DNA of 64,000 nt from a bacterium (GCA_963674965.2 CAXXFL010000007.1:736001-800000), one strand, 5' to 3'; positions 36,966 to 47,664 are shown, numbered from the stretch's first letter. Numbers and translations: made by a program. Notes: a model not told the origin generated them from the letters alone.

Positions 36966-38501
36966 ATGACTTCCGGCAATACAGTCTATTTAAGAGGAGA
37001 CCTATTACCGATGGCGCTGATTTTCCTTTGCGGCGCTCTGGTATTGGGAATTACGTGCCTTTTCTTTCCGACCGTTACTTATGACGGGCTTCTTTACCTG
37101 GAGTTGGCAAAGAACATCCCCGGCGACGGGTTCGTCATCCTGGGGTATCCTCATCAGAAGTTCTTGCCCCTTTACCCCGCCATCTTCGGATACCTTGATT
37201 ACATTACCGGCGGGTCCCTCGGTTTACAAACCTGGGCCTACGCCGTAAACGTGGCCGGCCTGTCCCTGGCTTCTTCGCTTGCTTACGCCGCCTCGAGGTC
37301 CCTCGGCGCCTCCAGAGTCATGGCGGCCGCGGCCGCGGCGCCCCTTATCATCGGGTTCGTGGCCCTGGACCAGTGCCGCGACGTGAGCGTCATGCCCCTT
37401 TACACGTGCCTGGTCGCGGCGGTCTTTTTCTTTCTTGCCCGACGTTTGACTTTCGTGGCCGGCCTTTTCATGGGCCTGGCCGCGACCACGCGCTACGAGA
37501 TATACCTTTTCATACCTTTCCTTTTTATCGCAAATTCAAGGCCCTTGTTTCACGCGGCTCGAGCTTTTTTGCAGGACAAGGATAAAACGGGGCCGGATAT
37601 ATCAATTCCCGAATCCGAACAAGACGGGCCCGCCATGGGTCCGAGCGAGTTGGCCCTTACAATGGCGGGATTTATAATAACGGCCTCTCCCTGGTGGATC
37701 AGAAATCTCCTGGCTTACGACCACGCCATCCATACCAAGTACTTCACGGAGATTTTTTATCTCAAGTTCCACCTGGCGCCTATGGCCTGGGACCTCATTA
37801 AATACGGCGGCCTTGGGGTCATCGCCGCCCTGGCGGGAATCATCCTCTTGAAGGGGGCCTGGAGGATTTACCTTGGCGGCTATGTCCTTTTATACCTGGG
37901 CGTGCACGTCTTTTGGTGGTGGTACGACTCGAGGTTCATTTTAGCCGCGGCCCCCCCGCTAACGATATTGGCCGCCAAAGGTCTGGACGCCGCGCTTAAA
38001 TGGACCGCGGCAAAACTTCCCGCCTCCAATCAAGGCGCTCTCAAAGCCGCGCTCGCCTCGCTCGCGCTTTTTCCCGTCGCGCTCTGGGGAGGATCATACC
38101 TCCACGCGGCTGCCAAGGCCCCTGCCGACCCGCTCAAGATGGCCGAACCGACTCTCAGGTCCCTTCCCCCCGACGCCGCCCTGATGGGAGGAAACTTCTT
38201 TTTGCTTTACGCCTACTCGGGACACATGGCCTACACCTGGGAGGAAATGCCTGAAGGCCATGACCCTCACCGTTTCGTTCTGGATCGCTACGAGTCGGGA
38301 AAGGTGAGGTTTTTGGTCTGGTCCAACTATAACCCCAACGACTCGCGCGATTTCGGCTTTCTCGCGGATGGTCTTCCCCACAAGGCCCACGTCAATGGAC
38401 CGGGCGGGTTTTTCATCGTTTATTATTTCCCTTACTCCGAGCATGGAGACGGGGCAAGGATTGTCCGCGTATATGAGGTGAAAGTCAAAAAGGAAAATTG
38501 A
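36966..38501 (+). CDS. GT-C fold (ArnT/PMT-like) integral membrane glycosyltransferase
   Basis: DG..YLELAKNI, PLYP, GLAATTRYE, PWWIRN, multiple TM segments. Confidence 0.8.
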   Translation: MTSGNTVYLRGDLLPMALIFLCGALVLGITCLFFPTVTYDGLLYLELAKNIPGDGFVILGYPHQKFLPLYPAIFGYLDYITGGSLGLQTWAYAVNVAGLSLASSLAYAASRSLGASRVMAAAAAAPLIIGFVALDQCRDVSVMPLYTCLVAAVFFFLARRLTFVAGLFMGLAATTRYEIYLFIPFLFIANSRPLFHAARAFLQDKDKTGPDISIPESEQDGPAMGPSELALTMAGFIITASPWWIRNLLAYDHAIHTKYFTEIFYLKFHLAPMAWDLIKYGGLGVIAALAGIILLKGAWRIYLGGYVLLYLGVHVFWWWYDSRFILAAAPPLTILAAKGLDAALKWTAAKLPASNQGALKAALASLALFPVALWGGSYLHAAAKAPADPLKMAEPTLRSLPPDAALMGGNFFLLYAYSGHMAYTWEEMPEGHDPHRFVLDRYESGKVRFLVWSNYNPNDSRDFGFLADGLPHKAHVNGPGGFFIVYYFPYSEHGDGARIVRVYEVKVKKEN

Positions 38502-38587
38502 CCCGGCCTCGGCCTTGCGCGGCCTGGACCATTATGGGATTATCTCTATTTGCCCGGCGGCCATGTTCCGCTTCGCGCCCCATTCAG

Positions 38588-40024
38588 ATGAAGAACTCTA
38601 ACGCATACTCCGACGCTCGTATCGCCGCCCTAGTTTTCACGGTCTCCCTGGCGGCCTACGCGGCGCTTTGCGCGGCTTTTCAAGGGTTTACGCCCGACGG
38701 CTTCGTCTATATGGAGCTGGCCAAAAATATTCCCGAGTCCGGATATAAAGTGCTTGGCGAGCCGCACGAGAAGTTCCTGCCCCTGTACCCGGCGCTCATG
38801 GCCCTCTTCAACCTGGTTACGGCCAAGGCCCTGGGGGTAGATTTCTGGGGATACGCCATCAGCGTGACGAGCGGGGCCGTCCTGCCTCCCATCGTATTCC
38901 TCATGGCCGGGAGGATGGGGACGTCGAGAACCTTCGCTCTTTTCGCCGCGGTCCTCCAGGCCCTGTCGGCCCTCGGGCTTCACCAGTACGCCGACGTCAA
39001 CGTTATTCCCCTTTTCACCGCCCTCCTCATGGCGGCCCTGTTTCTGGCCCAGCGGGAAAATTACTTCTGGGCGGGAGTCGCCGCGGGCCTGGCCGCCACC
39101 ACAAGGTATGAAGTCTACCTTCTTCTTCCCATATTTTTATTGATCAATATCAAAAAGCCGGGAGTAATGGCCCGGGCCGCGGCTGGCTTTATCCTGGCGG
39201 CTTCCCCCTGGTACGCCAGAAACCTCCTGACCTACGGCCATTTGATTCACACTTACTACATGGCGGAGATGACCGCGCCCGGTTTCCATTTATTCGGCAT
39301 CCTGGAGGGACTTCTCACCCAGACCGGTCCCGTCATCCTGGTCGCCGCCGCCTTCGGGCTTAAGAGAATCGATCGGGGCATTGCCATATTATTCGCGTCC
39401 TTCATCGTCCTTTATATTGGACTTCACTCCTGGTGGTGGTGGTACAGCCACCGTTTCCTGTTGACTCTCAATCCCATATTTTTGGTCATGGCCGCTCCCG
39501 GACTGGAATCCATGATCGAGGCATTGAAAAAGAAAATTCATTTAAGGCCGAGGCTTATAAGCGGCCTGACCATGGCCGGCGCCGCCGCTCCCGTGGTTTT
39601 CGTGAGCATATATTACGTGGCGGCCGCCTCCTTTGCCCAACCCGACCCCTACTGCCGGGCGGCCATGGACGCGAGTCGAGAGCCGCCGGCGAAAAAGCTT
39701 ATCGGCTCGAGCCCGCTCATGCTCGAGTATTACGGAAAACGCGAGGCCTTTGCCTTCGACGAGATCAAGGAGGGTGAAGACCCCCACGAAAAAATCCTTC
39801 GGCGTTATCTTCAAGACGGCGTAAGGCTGGCGGTCTGGATGGATAAGGCCCCTCTTGACGTTTCAGAGTACGGCTATCTGGCCGGGGGAAAAAACGTGAA
39901 GGCCGCGGCGCGAACTGCCTCGGCGAGCTACGACCTGTACTATATCTTCATTCGGGAATACGTGGGGCAGGGAAAAAATGTATATCTTTACGAGCTAAAG
40001 GCGCGCGAGGTCAAAGTGAAATAG
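38588..40024 (+). CDS. GT-C fold glycosyltransferase, tandem paralog
   Basis: DG..YMELAKNI, KFLPLYP, GLAATTRYE, PWYARN. Confidence 0.8.
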   Translation: MKNSNAYSDARIAALVFTVSLAAYAALCAAFQGFTPDGFVYMELAKNIPESGYKVLGEPHEKFLPLYPALMALFNLVTAKALGVDFWGYAISVTSGAVLPPIVFLMAGRMGTSRTFALFAAVLQALSALGLHQYADVNVIPLFTALLMAALFLAQRENYFWAGVAAGLAATTRYEVYLLLPIFLLINIKKPGVMARAAAGFILAASPWYARNLLTYGHLIHTYYMAEMTAPGFHLFGILEGLLTQTGPVILVAAAFGLKRIDRGIAILFASFIVLYIGLHSWWWWYSHRFLLTLNPIFLVMAAPGLESMIEALKKKIHLRPRLISGLTMAGAAAPVVFVSIYYVAAASFAQPDPYCRAAMDASREPPAKKLIGSSPLMLEYYGKREAFAFDEIKEGEDPHEKILRRYLQDGVRLAVWMDKAPLDVSEYGYLAGGKNVKAAARTASASYDLYYIFIREYVGQGKNVYLYELKAREVKVK

Positions 40025-40043
40025 TCTTGACAATTGGTCCCCC

Positions 40044-40967
40044 TCAGGTCCGGCCGTAATCGTCCTCGAGCCTCTCCACGTCGTCCTCACCGAAGTACTC
40101 GCCCCGCTGGACCTCGATGAACACCATCTCCTCCCGGCCCGGGTTGCCGATGCGGTGGGCGACGCCTACCGGGATATCCACGGCCTGGCCGGGCTCGAGC
40201 TCGAGCTCTTTCCCGTCCAGCGTCACCAGGGCCTTGCCTCGAGCGATTACCCAGTGCTCGCTCCGCCTCCGGTGGCGCTGATAGGACAGACGCCGGCCCG
40301 GCGCCAGCATGATCCTCTTGGTCTTGAAGTCGGGCTCGTTCCGGAGCACCTCCCAGCCTCCCCATGGAGTTATACGGATAAGCTCGGAGCTGGGCGAGGC
40401 TATCTCTCCCGCGACCAGCTTTTGGTAAAGCGTCTCGTAGGCGTCGACCATGGCCCCGATGGTGGAGGAATCGTCCGGGTTGGGCATGCCGATCCGGCCC
40501 ACGTAGTTGAGGTCGGGCAGGACCTTCTCCTCCTTCTCGTCCATGGAGACGAAGGAATATTCCTTGTACCTGAGAAGGATCGGACGAGTCATGGGGTCAC
40601 GCCCCGCCCCGTGAAGCGTCGTCAGCACCGGACGGTGAAGCACCGAAAGAAAAGGCAGGGCCTTGGCCGCCATGTGGTTGTGGACTATGTCGAAGTTGCC
40701 GCGGCGGGCCAGGGAAACGCACTCCGCTATCTGGGCCTCCTCGAGCCAGCGGGGATCGGGACGGGGTTCCTCCTCCCACTCGACCAGGGCCACCGGGCAT
40801 ACCGAGAGAAGCTCGGCCCTGGTAAGGGAATCGCCCGAGGCGAAAAGAAATACCTCGTGTCCCCTGGAAACGAGCTCCTCCGTAAGGTCGGAGATCATCT
40901 GTTCCTCCGGTCCGTAGGGCCGGGGAGGAATCCTTCTTGAAATCGGAGCCAACATGGCTACCCGCAT
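40044..40967 (-). CDS. GT4 N-terminal domain fused to a mannose-6-phosphate isomerase (type II) cupin
   Basis: MRVAMLAP...YG...GHEVFLFASGDS...DIVHNH...TTLHG, then PWG.WEVL...LSYQRHRRRSEHWV...IEVQRGEYFGEDDVERLEDDYGR. Confidence 0.85.
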   Translation of the reverse strand: MRVAMLAPISRRIPPRPYGPEEQMISDLTEELVSRGHEVFLFASGDSLTRAELLSVCPVALVEWEEEPRPDPRWLEEAQIAECVSLARRGNFDIVHNHMAAKALPFLSVLHRPVLTTLHGAGRDPMTRPILLRYKEYSFVSMDEKEEKVLPDLNYVGRIGMPNPDDSSTIGAMVDAYETLYQKLVAGEIASPSSELIRITPWGGWEVLRNEPDFKTKRIMLAPGRRLSYQRHRRRSEHWVIARGKALVTLDGKELELEPGQAVDIPVGVAHRIGNPGREEMVFIEVQRGEYFGEDDVERLEDDYGRT

Positions 40968-41203
40968 GAGCCTTTACCCCCCGTGAACTTTATCAAAGTA
41001 TATCGGGGGCCGCTGAAAAAAGCAATTATCCTGGCCCCGTCGCCCCTTAGGCAACGCCCGCCATCCTCCTTCCCCCGAGTGAAACCAGGCCCCGCGTCTC
41101 TTCCCGCCCGCGGCCGGGTTTGCCCGTCCGGCAATGTTAATATAAAGTTTTTAGTGTCGCCCTTACGGAAATCAGACCATCATTTCCAGAGGGAAAAAAA
41201 TAC

Positions 41204-41974
41204 ATGGACGCCAACAGAATCATATATCTTCGAGACCTTATCGCGGTCCTTACCGCCAAGGAGTTCAAGCTCAGGTATAAAAGCACCGTCCTGGGATACG
41301 CCTGGTCCGTGCTCCATCCCCTGGCCTTCTCCATGGTCTACTTCTTGCTCTTCAAGATCGTTATGCGCGTCAAAATGGACAATTACGCCCTGTTCCTCAT
41401 TACCGGTCTTTTTCCCTGGCAATGGTTTTCCAACTCCATATCGGTGGCGACCATGTGTTTCCTCGAGAACAGGACCCTTATAAAAAAGGTCAAGTTCCCC
41501 AGGAACTTCCTCGTCCTCTCCGGCGTGGTCAACGACATGGTCCACTTTATCGCCACCATCCCGGTCATCGTCTTATTCATGCTTATCTACGGCAAACACC
41601 CATCCATGTCATGGCTCTACCAGATACCCATTCTGGTGGCCATGCAGTTCGGCTTCACCTATGGACTCGCCCTTACCCTGGCCACGTGGAACCTCTTCTT
41701 CCGGGACATCGAGCGGCTGACCAACATCATCACCATGATGTGGTTCTTTCTCACTCCCATCCTCTTCAATATCGAGATGGTACCGGCCAGGTACAGGTGG
41801 ATCGAGTACTTCAATCCCATGGCCTCGATTATCATGTGCTGGCGTTCCCTCTTCCTGGAGGGGACCATACCCCTTGGCTTTCTCGCCGCCGGCGTGGTTT
41901 ACGCCGCGGCCGCCGTCATAATGGGCGGGTACGTTTACGAGAAGATGGAATGGAGGTTCGCCGAGATTGTCTAG
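41204..41974 (+). CDS. wzm: Polysaccharide ABC-2 exporter permease
   Basis: RYKSTVLGYAWSVLHPL, LIKKVKFP, FFRDIE, NPMA. Confidence 0.9.
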   Translation: MDANRIIYLRDLIAVLTAKEFKLRYKSTVLGYAWSVLHPLAFSMVYFLLFKIVMRVKMDNYALFLITGLFPWQWFSNSISVATMCFLENRTLIKKVKFPRNFLVLSGVVNDMVHFIATIPVIVLFMLIYGKHPSMSWLYQIPILVAMQFGFTYGLALTLATWNLFFRDIERLTNIITMMWFFLTPILFNIEMVPARYRWIEYFNPMASIIMCWRSLFLEGTIPLGFLAAGVVYAAAAVIMGGYVYEKMEWRFAEIV

Positions 41975-42731
41975 CCGGCCCGCCATAGTCTTCGAGGACG
42001 TCAAGAAGAGCTATATTGTCTCCGACGCCCGTCTCCAGGGATTCAAGGACATCGTGATCAATTTTCCGCGATACCTTAAGTCCCTTCGCGCCCGCGGAGA
42101 GTATGAGGCCCTGAAGGGCGTCAGCTTCAAGGTGGAAAAGGGCGAGTGCTTCGGGATCATCGGACGAAACGGCTCGGGCAAGTCCACCATCCTCGGCCTG
42201 ATCGCGGGCGTCCTGAAGGCCGGCGGAGGCCGCGTCGAGGTCGCCCATCGCGTCAGTCCTCTCCTCGAGTTGGGCGCCGGCTTCCATCCCCAGCTCACCG
42301 GCGCGGACAACGTGATACTTAACGGCGTCCTCCTCGGCATGACCCGAAAGCAGGTCGAGGAAAAGTACGACGACATAGTGGAGTTCGCCGAGCTGGGCGA
42401 CTTTATCGACCGCCCCCTCCTCACCTATTCCTCGGGCATGGTCGCCCGTCTCGGCTTCTCCGTCGTGGTCCATCTCGAGCCGCGAATACTCCTTATCGAC
42501 GAGACCCTGTCCGTGGGCGACGAGCGTTTCCAGAAGAAATGCATAAGGAAGATGGAGGAGTTCAGGGACCGGGGAATAACCATGGTCTTCGTCAGTCACG
42601 ATCTCGAGGCCGTGAGAAGGATTTGCGACCGCGTCGCCCTGCTCGAAAAGGGGGTCATCCAGGCCGAGGGAGAGCCCGCCGGGGTGGTGGCCGAATATCT
42701 TAAAACTCTTCAAATCAACGGAGACGGATAA
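41967..42731 (+). CDS. wzt: Polysaccharide ABC exporter ATPase (no C-terminal carbohydrate-binding domain)
   Basis: GRNGSGKST, LELGAGF, YSSGM..RLGF, IDE.LSVGD, VSHD. Confidence 0.9.
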   Translation: MSSRPAIVFEDVKKSYIVSDARLQGFKDIVINFPRYLKSLRARGEYEALKGVSFKVEKGECFGIIGRNGSGKSTILGLIAGVLKAGGGRVEVAHRVSPLLELGAGFHPQLTGADNVILNGVLLGMTRKQVEEKYDDIVEFAELGDFIDRPLLTYSSGMVARLGFSVVVHLEPRILLIDETLSVGDERFQKKCIRKMEEFRDRGITMVFVSHDLEAVRRICDRVALLEKGVIQAEGEPAGVVAEYLKTLQINGDG

Positions 42732-42732
42732 A

Positions 42733-43950
42733 ATGACCCAAGCCCTGGAGGGAGCGTCGATACTCCTGGACGGCCATCACTTCCAGATGCCGGAGGGAAC
42801 GGGCATCCGGACCTATTGCTTCACCCTGGCTCGGGCGCTCAAGAGCAAGGGCGCCCACGTGTCCGTCCTCATCGAGCCGCCCCGCTATCCATCCCGGGTC
42901 CAAGACCTGATCGAGCTTGTCCGAGCCGGCGCGAGCCTGGGCCGCGTCAAGGCCTCGAGGGCGGACAGGACCGAGGCCGGCCCGGCCGCCGACCTGGACT
43001 TCGTCGATTCCTTTATAATGGCCGAGAGGCCCCCTCCCGGGCGCGGGCTACTGTTCCGTCTCGCGGGAGTGGGAACGACCGTGAAGACGCCGAGTCCGCC
43101 CGACTTTTTCCACGCCACTTATCCCATCCCCTACGGGGTAAAAGGGGCGAGGACGATCACCACCATCCACGACCTCATCCCCCTGGTCCTGCCCTGGACC
43201 ACCCTCGAGAAAAAAGAAACCTTCCGGCGCAAAATACAGTACGCCCTCGATCGTTCCGACGCGATCGTCACGGTCTCGAAAAGCTCCAAAAAGGACCTTC
43301 TCGAGATCATGGGCGCGGACCCGGCCCGGGTCCACGTGGCCTATACCTCCGTCGAGCCGCCCGCGGGAAAGTCCGACCCCCGCGCCGCCCGGGAAACCCT
43401 CTCAAAGCTGGGAGTCGAGCCAAAGGGCTACGTCCTTTTCGTCGGGGCCATCGAGCCCAAGAAGAACCTGGGCGGGATCATCTCGGCCCTCATTAAACTG
43501 GGCTCGCCCCTTCCCCTGGTGGTGGTCGGGGCCATGGGCTGGCTCTACGAGGAAGAACTGAAAAGGGCCGGCGAGCTGAGGAACGGGAAAGGTCCGATCA
43601 TGGCCGGCTACGTGGCCGGCCCGGAACTGGACGCCCTTTACGAGAACGCGGCCTTCCTGGCCTTCCCCTCCCTCTACGAGGGGTTCGGACTGCCCGCCGT
43701 CGAGGCCATGGCCAGGGGATGCCCGGTGCTCACCTCCAACGTCTCGTCCCTGCCCGAAATCTGCGACGACGCCGCCCTTTTCGCCGACCCCTACAACGTG
43801 GACGACATGGCGGAAAAAATGAAGGCACTCATCGACTCGGAGAAGCTAAGAGAAGACCTCGCGGAAAAGGGCAAAAAAAGGGCCGCCTTTTTCAGCTTGA
43901 ACAACTTCGCCGACTCCATCGAAAAGGCCTACCTGAAGACAAGGCCGTGA
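42733..43950 (+). CDS. GT4 glycosyltransferase
   Basis: TGIRTY, TIHDLIP, GAIEPKKN, PSLYEGFGLPAVEAM. Confidence 0.92.
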   Translation: MTQALEGASILLDGHHFQMPEGTGIRTYCFTLARALKSKGAHVSVLIEPPRYPSRVQDLIELVRAGASLGRVKASRADRTEAGPAADLDFVDSFIMAERPPPGRGLLFRLAGVGTTVKTPSPPDFFHATYPIPYGVKGARTITTIHDLIPLVLPWTTLEKKETFRRKIQYALDRSDAIVTVSKSSKKDLLEIMGADPARVHVAYTSVEPPAGKSDPRAARETLSKLGVEPKGYVLFVGAIEPKKNLGGIISALIKLGSPLPLVVVGAMGWLYEEELKRAGELRNGKGPIMAGYVAGPELDALYENAAFLAFPSLYEGFGLPAVEAMARGCPVLTSNVSSLPEICDDAALFADPYNVDDMAEKMKALIDSEKLREDLAEKGKKRAAFFSLNNFADSIEKAYLKTRP

Positions 43951-43951
43951 C

Positions 43952-45190
43952 ATGAAGCGGGCCGTGGTCACCATAAACCTGGGAGACTTCCTTTGCGAGA
44001 ACTCCCGCTCGAGTTTCCAGGCGGCCGCCAAGAGATGGGACGCCGAGTACGTCGAGTTTAAGGAGAAGGACATGGTCGCCGGCCTTCATATATTTTTTCA
44101 TAAATTTCTCGTCTTCCACGTCTCCGGGGCGGACAGGGTCCTTTACATCGACTCCGACGCCATTATCCGGGGCGACGCCCCCTCTCCTTTCGACCTTTGT
44201 CCGCCCGAAAAAATGGGGGTCGTGTTCAATCAGAAAATGCCCCGACTGGGTAGCAAAGACCGAGAGACCTCCGCGGACCTCGAGGGATGGAGCCTTATCG
44301 AGGAACGCCTCGGTAAAAAACTGAAAATGACCGGCCCTTACTTCAACGCCGGATTCATGATATTGACCAGGAAACATCACGAGAAAGTCCTGCATCGGAC
44401 CCACGAGATAATTAAAAAATACAATATTAAAATGAGTCATACCGACCAGACCTTTTTCAACTTCGCCGCCAGGGAAACGGGCGCCGTGCTGCATTTCATG
44501 GACTACGCCTGGAACGACATGCATCCACATTCCCACAGCCATTGGGATTACATGGAAAGCTACGTTTACCACTTCGCGGCCTCGGGTGACAGGAAGATGG
44601 TCATGCCCTTCCTCGAGTGGCGTTATCCTCCCGGTCCCGGCCGGTTTGTTCAGCCCAAAAGGGTCTATTTCTCAGGCCGTGACTTGTCCGCTCTCGAACA
44701 GGGCCTTAAAGGCCCCGGCGGGATCGAGTACACGCGGGACTCCATCACCCGGACCGGCTATAAAGGCAACGTGGTCAGTCACGGACCATACTGCTGGGTG
44801 GCCAGGGGCCGCTACCGGCTCGAGCTCGAGATGGAGGTGACCGGCGCCATTCTTCCATCCCTGATCTCGCCCGTCATCGTCAAGCTGACCTCCAGCATCG
44901 GGGAGAGGCTGATCGGGCTTTACGACTTAAACGACTTCAAAAAACGCGGCGATAAATACGAGATGACCTTCTCTCTCGACGAGGACAGGATATCATTCGA
45001 GGTGGTCACGATAAGGGCCGCCAGGTGCTGGATAGTGGTAAAGGGATTCACCGTGGAAAGGATAGCGGACGAACCCGGGCCGGACCTTCCCCTGAAGGGA
45101 AGAAAATTCAAGCACGGGATCATCGAGAAGAGGCTCCTGTCCATGGAATCGCGCCAGAGGCGAAGGAAAGGAAGCTGGCCATGGGAGTGA
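43952..45190 (+). CDS. GT8-like glycosyltransferase with C-terminal beta-sandwich domain
   Basis: LYIDSD, YFNAG, DQTFFN, YHFA; C-terminal HGPY...GRYRLE. Confidence 0.78.
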   Translation: MKRAVVTINLGDFLCENSRSSFQAAAKRWDAEYVEFKEKDMVAGLHIFFHKFLVFHVSGADRVLYIDSDAIIRGDAPSPFDLCPPEKMGVVFNQKMPRLGSKDRETSADLEGWSLIEERLGKKLKMTGPYFNAGFMILTRKHHEKVLHRTHEIIKKYNIKMSHTDQTFFNFAARETGAVLHFMDYAWNDMHPHSHSHWDYMESYVYHFAASGDRKMVMPFLEWRYPPGPGRFVQPKRVYFSGRDLSALEQGLKGPGGIEYTRDSITRTGYKGNVVSHGPYCWVARGRYRLELEMEVTGAILPSLISPVIVKLTSSIGERLIGLYDLNDFKKRGDKYEMTFSLDEDRISFEVVTIRAARCWIVVKGFTVERIADEPGPDLPLKGRKFKHGIIEKRLLSMESRQRRRKGSWPWE

Positions 45191-45194
45191 AAAA

Positions 45195-46418
45195 ATGAAG
45201 CTGGCCGTGGTCACCGTAAACATGGGCGACTTCCTGTGCCAAAACGCCAGGCAAAGCTTCATGCGCGCGGCCTCGAGGTGGGGGGCCGAGTACCTCGAGA
45301 TCGACGAGTCAAACGGGGTCCCCGGCGTCCATCCCTACTCGCAGAAACTGCACGCCCTGGACCTGGCCGGGGCCGACAGAATCTTCCTGATCGACGCCGA
45401 CGCCATAATACGAAGCGACGCGCCGAGTCCCTTCGACCTGGTCCCGCCGGAAACCATCGGCGCGGTTAAAGATATTAACCCGGCCTTCTCGAACAATGAG
45501 GAAATCGAGGCGATAGAAAAAAGAGAGTGGGACGAAATAAACCACGCGTTCTCCAAGTCACTTCCCATGCCGGTGGACTATTTCAACAGCGGCGCCCTGG
45601 TGGCGACCGCGAGATACCACGCTCCAGTTTGGGAAAGGGCCCAAGATATTAATAAAATCGCAAACATCGATTGGATATTCTCCGACCAGTCCCAATTAAA
45701 TTACGCCGCCAGGGAGCTGGGAGTTCCCATCACCAGGCTGGGCTACACCTGGAACAGGACCCGCCCCGAGCTCTTCGGCCACTGGGACGGCATGGAGGAA
45801 TACGTTTATCACTTCGCCGGAAGCGGCGACCGGTTCACCGTTCTCAACTGGCTGTCGTGGCATTATCCTCCCAAGAGCGTCCAGCCGCCGGAAGCGATCC
45901 GCTTCAAGGCGAACCGGCTGAAAGCTATGGACCGGTCATCGGGCGGAAAGGATGAAATCGTATACAAGCCCGGCGGGAAAGGTACCGGTCTGGTCCTCCG
46001 CGTCCTGGCCTTCGGGCCTTATATCACCCTCGAGCCGGGGGAGTACGAGCTCGAGGTCGAACTCGAGATAGGCCGCCGAAAAACCATGTCTCTTTATCCG
46101 CCGGCCGTTGTCCTGCTTACGTCGGACCGGGGCAAGAGGCTGATCAAGGCCTTCCACGTCCGCGACGGGAGGGCGAAAAAACATAGCGCCCGGGTAACCC
46201 TCCACGAGAGGCTCCTTTATTGCGAGCTGGTTATTAGACACGATCCCACGCGGGAAATTTCCTACCGGGGCTTCTCCCTGACCAGACTCGGGAAAGCCAA
46301 GGCGGGAGAGACCGGCCCGGCGGCCAGGCTCGGCTCGGGCTACGTCACCGATAAAAGAATCTCCCTCTCGGACGCGGCGATAAAAGCCAGGGAGCGCCTT
46401 CGCTCGATTCGATCGTAA
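45195..46418 (+). CDS. GT8-like glycosyltransferase, tandem paralog
   Basis: LIDAD, YFNSG, DQSQLN, YHFAG; C-terminal FGPYITLEPGEY. Confidence 0.78.
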   Translation: MKLAVVTVNMGDFLCQNARQSFMRAASRWGAEYLEIDESNGVPGVHPYSQKLHALDLAGADRIFLIDADAIIRSDAPSPFDLVPPETIGAVKDINPAFSNNEEIEAIEKREWDEINHAFSKSLPMPVDYFNSGALVATARYHAPVWERAQDINKIANIDWIFSDQSQLNYAARELGVPITRLGYTWNRTRPELFGHWDGMEEYVYHFAGSGDRFTVLNWLSWHYPPKSVQPPEAIRFKANRLKAMDRSSGGKDEIVYKPGGKGTGLVLRVLAFGPYITLEPGEYELEVELEIGRRKTMSLYPPAVVLLTSDRGKRLIKAFHVRDGRAKKHSARVTLHERLLYCELVIRHDPTREISYRGFSLTRLGKAKAGETGPAARLGSGYVTDKRISLSDAAIKARERLRSIRS

Positions 46419-46464
46419 ACCCCTTTGCATCCGGCGCCTTCCCCCGGGGAATCTTCATGTTAAA

Positions 46465-47499
46465 ATGGTCCGCGGAAAAAGCGCGGTGTTTGGATCGAAG
46501 AAAAGCGGCGGCCTCAGGATCGCCATCAATCGGCGGGTCAAGGGCAAGAACAAGGACAACCCCCAGTTCTGGTATTGCCTGCGCAAGGGCTTTACCCGAA
46601 TCGGACGTGACCTCGTCTACGACCTGGACTCGAGGGCCGACGCCCTCCTGGTCATGCACGGCGTGGAGAACAAGGGCGATAAAATCCGGCGCATGAAGGA
46701 AAACGGGACCAGGATCATCCACCGGATCGACGGATTCGTGGGCGGCCCCGACGGCCGGGCCGCCCAAAGCCCGGGCAACGCGCACCTGATCGAGGCCATG
46801 GAAATGGCCGACGCGGTCGTCTACCAGAGCGACTTCTGCCGCCGCGCCGTCGCCAGGCATCTGCCACCTCCCCCGCCGGGCGCCGGCCAATACGTGATCT
46901 ATAACGGGGCCGACGAAAAGACCTTTCGGCCCGAGGGCAAAAAGGCGTCCGGCCTCGAGGGCAAGCGCGTCATCGTGACGGCGGCCGTCTGGCGCAAATG
47001 GAAAGGGCTCGGCCGCGCCATCGATTCCTTCCTGGCCCTGGACCGTAAGGACTCGGTCCTCCTGGTCATCGGTCCCGACCCGGACCGCGTGGTGGACCAT
47101 CCCCGCGTCCATTACCTGGGCCAAACCAGTCACGAGAAGATGGCCCGCCTTTACCGGGGCGCCGACCTCTTCCTTTACCTTCCCTGGTTCGACTGGTGTC
47201 CCAACGCCGTGGTCCAGGCCCTGGTCTCGGGCCTGCCCGCGGTTTGCTCGAGCCGGGGAGGGGCCAGGGAACTGGTGGGGTCATCCGGCATAGTAGTGCC
47301 CTCGGACCCCTACGACGACGTGGAGGACTTCGCCGGCGAGCCGGTCATCGATCCCCAGGCCGCCGCCTCGGCCATGGCCGAGGTCCTGGACAACAGGGAG
47401 AAGTACGCGGGACCGAGGCCGGACCTGCATATCGCCTCCGTTGCCCGCAAATACCTCGAGGCCGTCGAGGAAACCGTAGGCCAGGAAAAAAACCGGTGA
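46465..47499 (+). CDS. GT4 glycosyltransferase
   Basis: HRIDG, YQSDF, IYNG, KGL, DWCPNAVVQALVSGLP. Confidence 0.85.
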   Translation: MVRGKSAVFGSKKSGGLRIAINRRVKGKNKDNPQFWYCLRKGFTRIGRDLVYDLDSRADALLVMHGVENKGDKIRRMKENGTRIIHRIDGFVGGPDGRAAQSPGNAHLIEAMEMADAVVYQSDFCRRAVARHLPPPPPGAGQYVIYNGADEKTFRPEGKKASGLEGKRVIVTAAVWRKWKGLGRAIDSFLALDRKDSVLLVIGPDPDRVVDHPRVHYLGQTSHEKMARLYRGADLFLYLPWFDWCPNAVVQALVSGLPAVCSSRGGARELVGSSGIVVPSDPYDDVEDFAGEPVIDPQAAASAMAEVLDNREKYAGPRPDLHIASVARKYLEAVEETVGQEKNR

Positions 47500-47664
47500 T
47501 TATTCCTTGGTCCCCCCTTATCTCTTTGCCTTCGCTTTGAAAAATATCATCGCCGACTGGAAGAAAAATGGCCCTCTCGAAAAGCGCCTTGCCTTGCAAT
47601 GGCGGCCATCCCCGGTTACCTTACCGGGGACTTTTATCGGAAAAAGCGGACGGGTAAAATTTAA

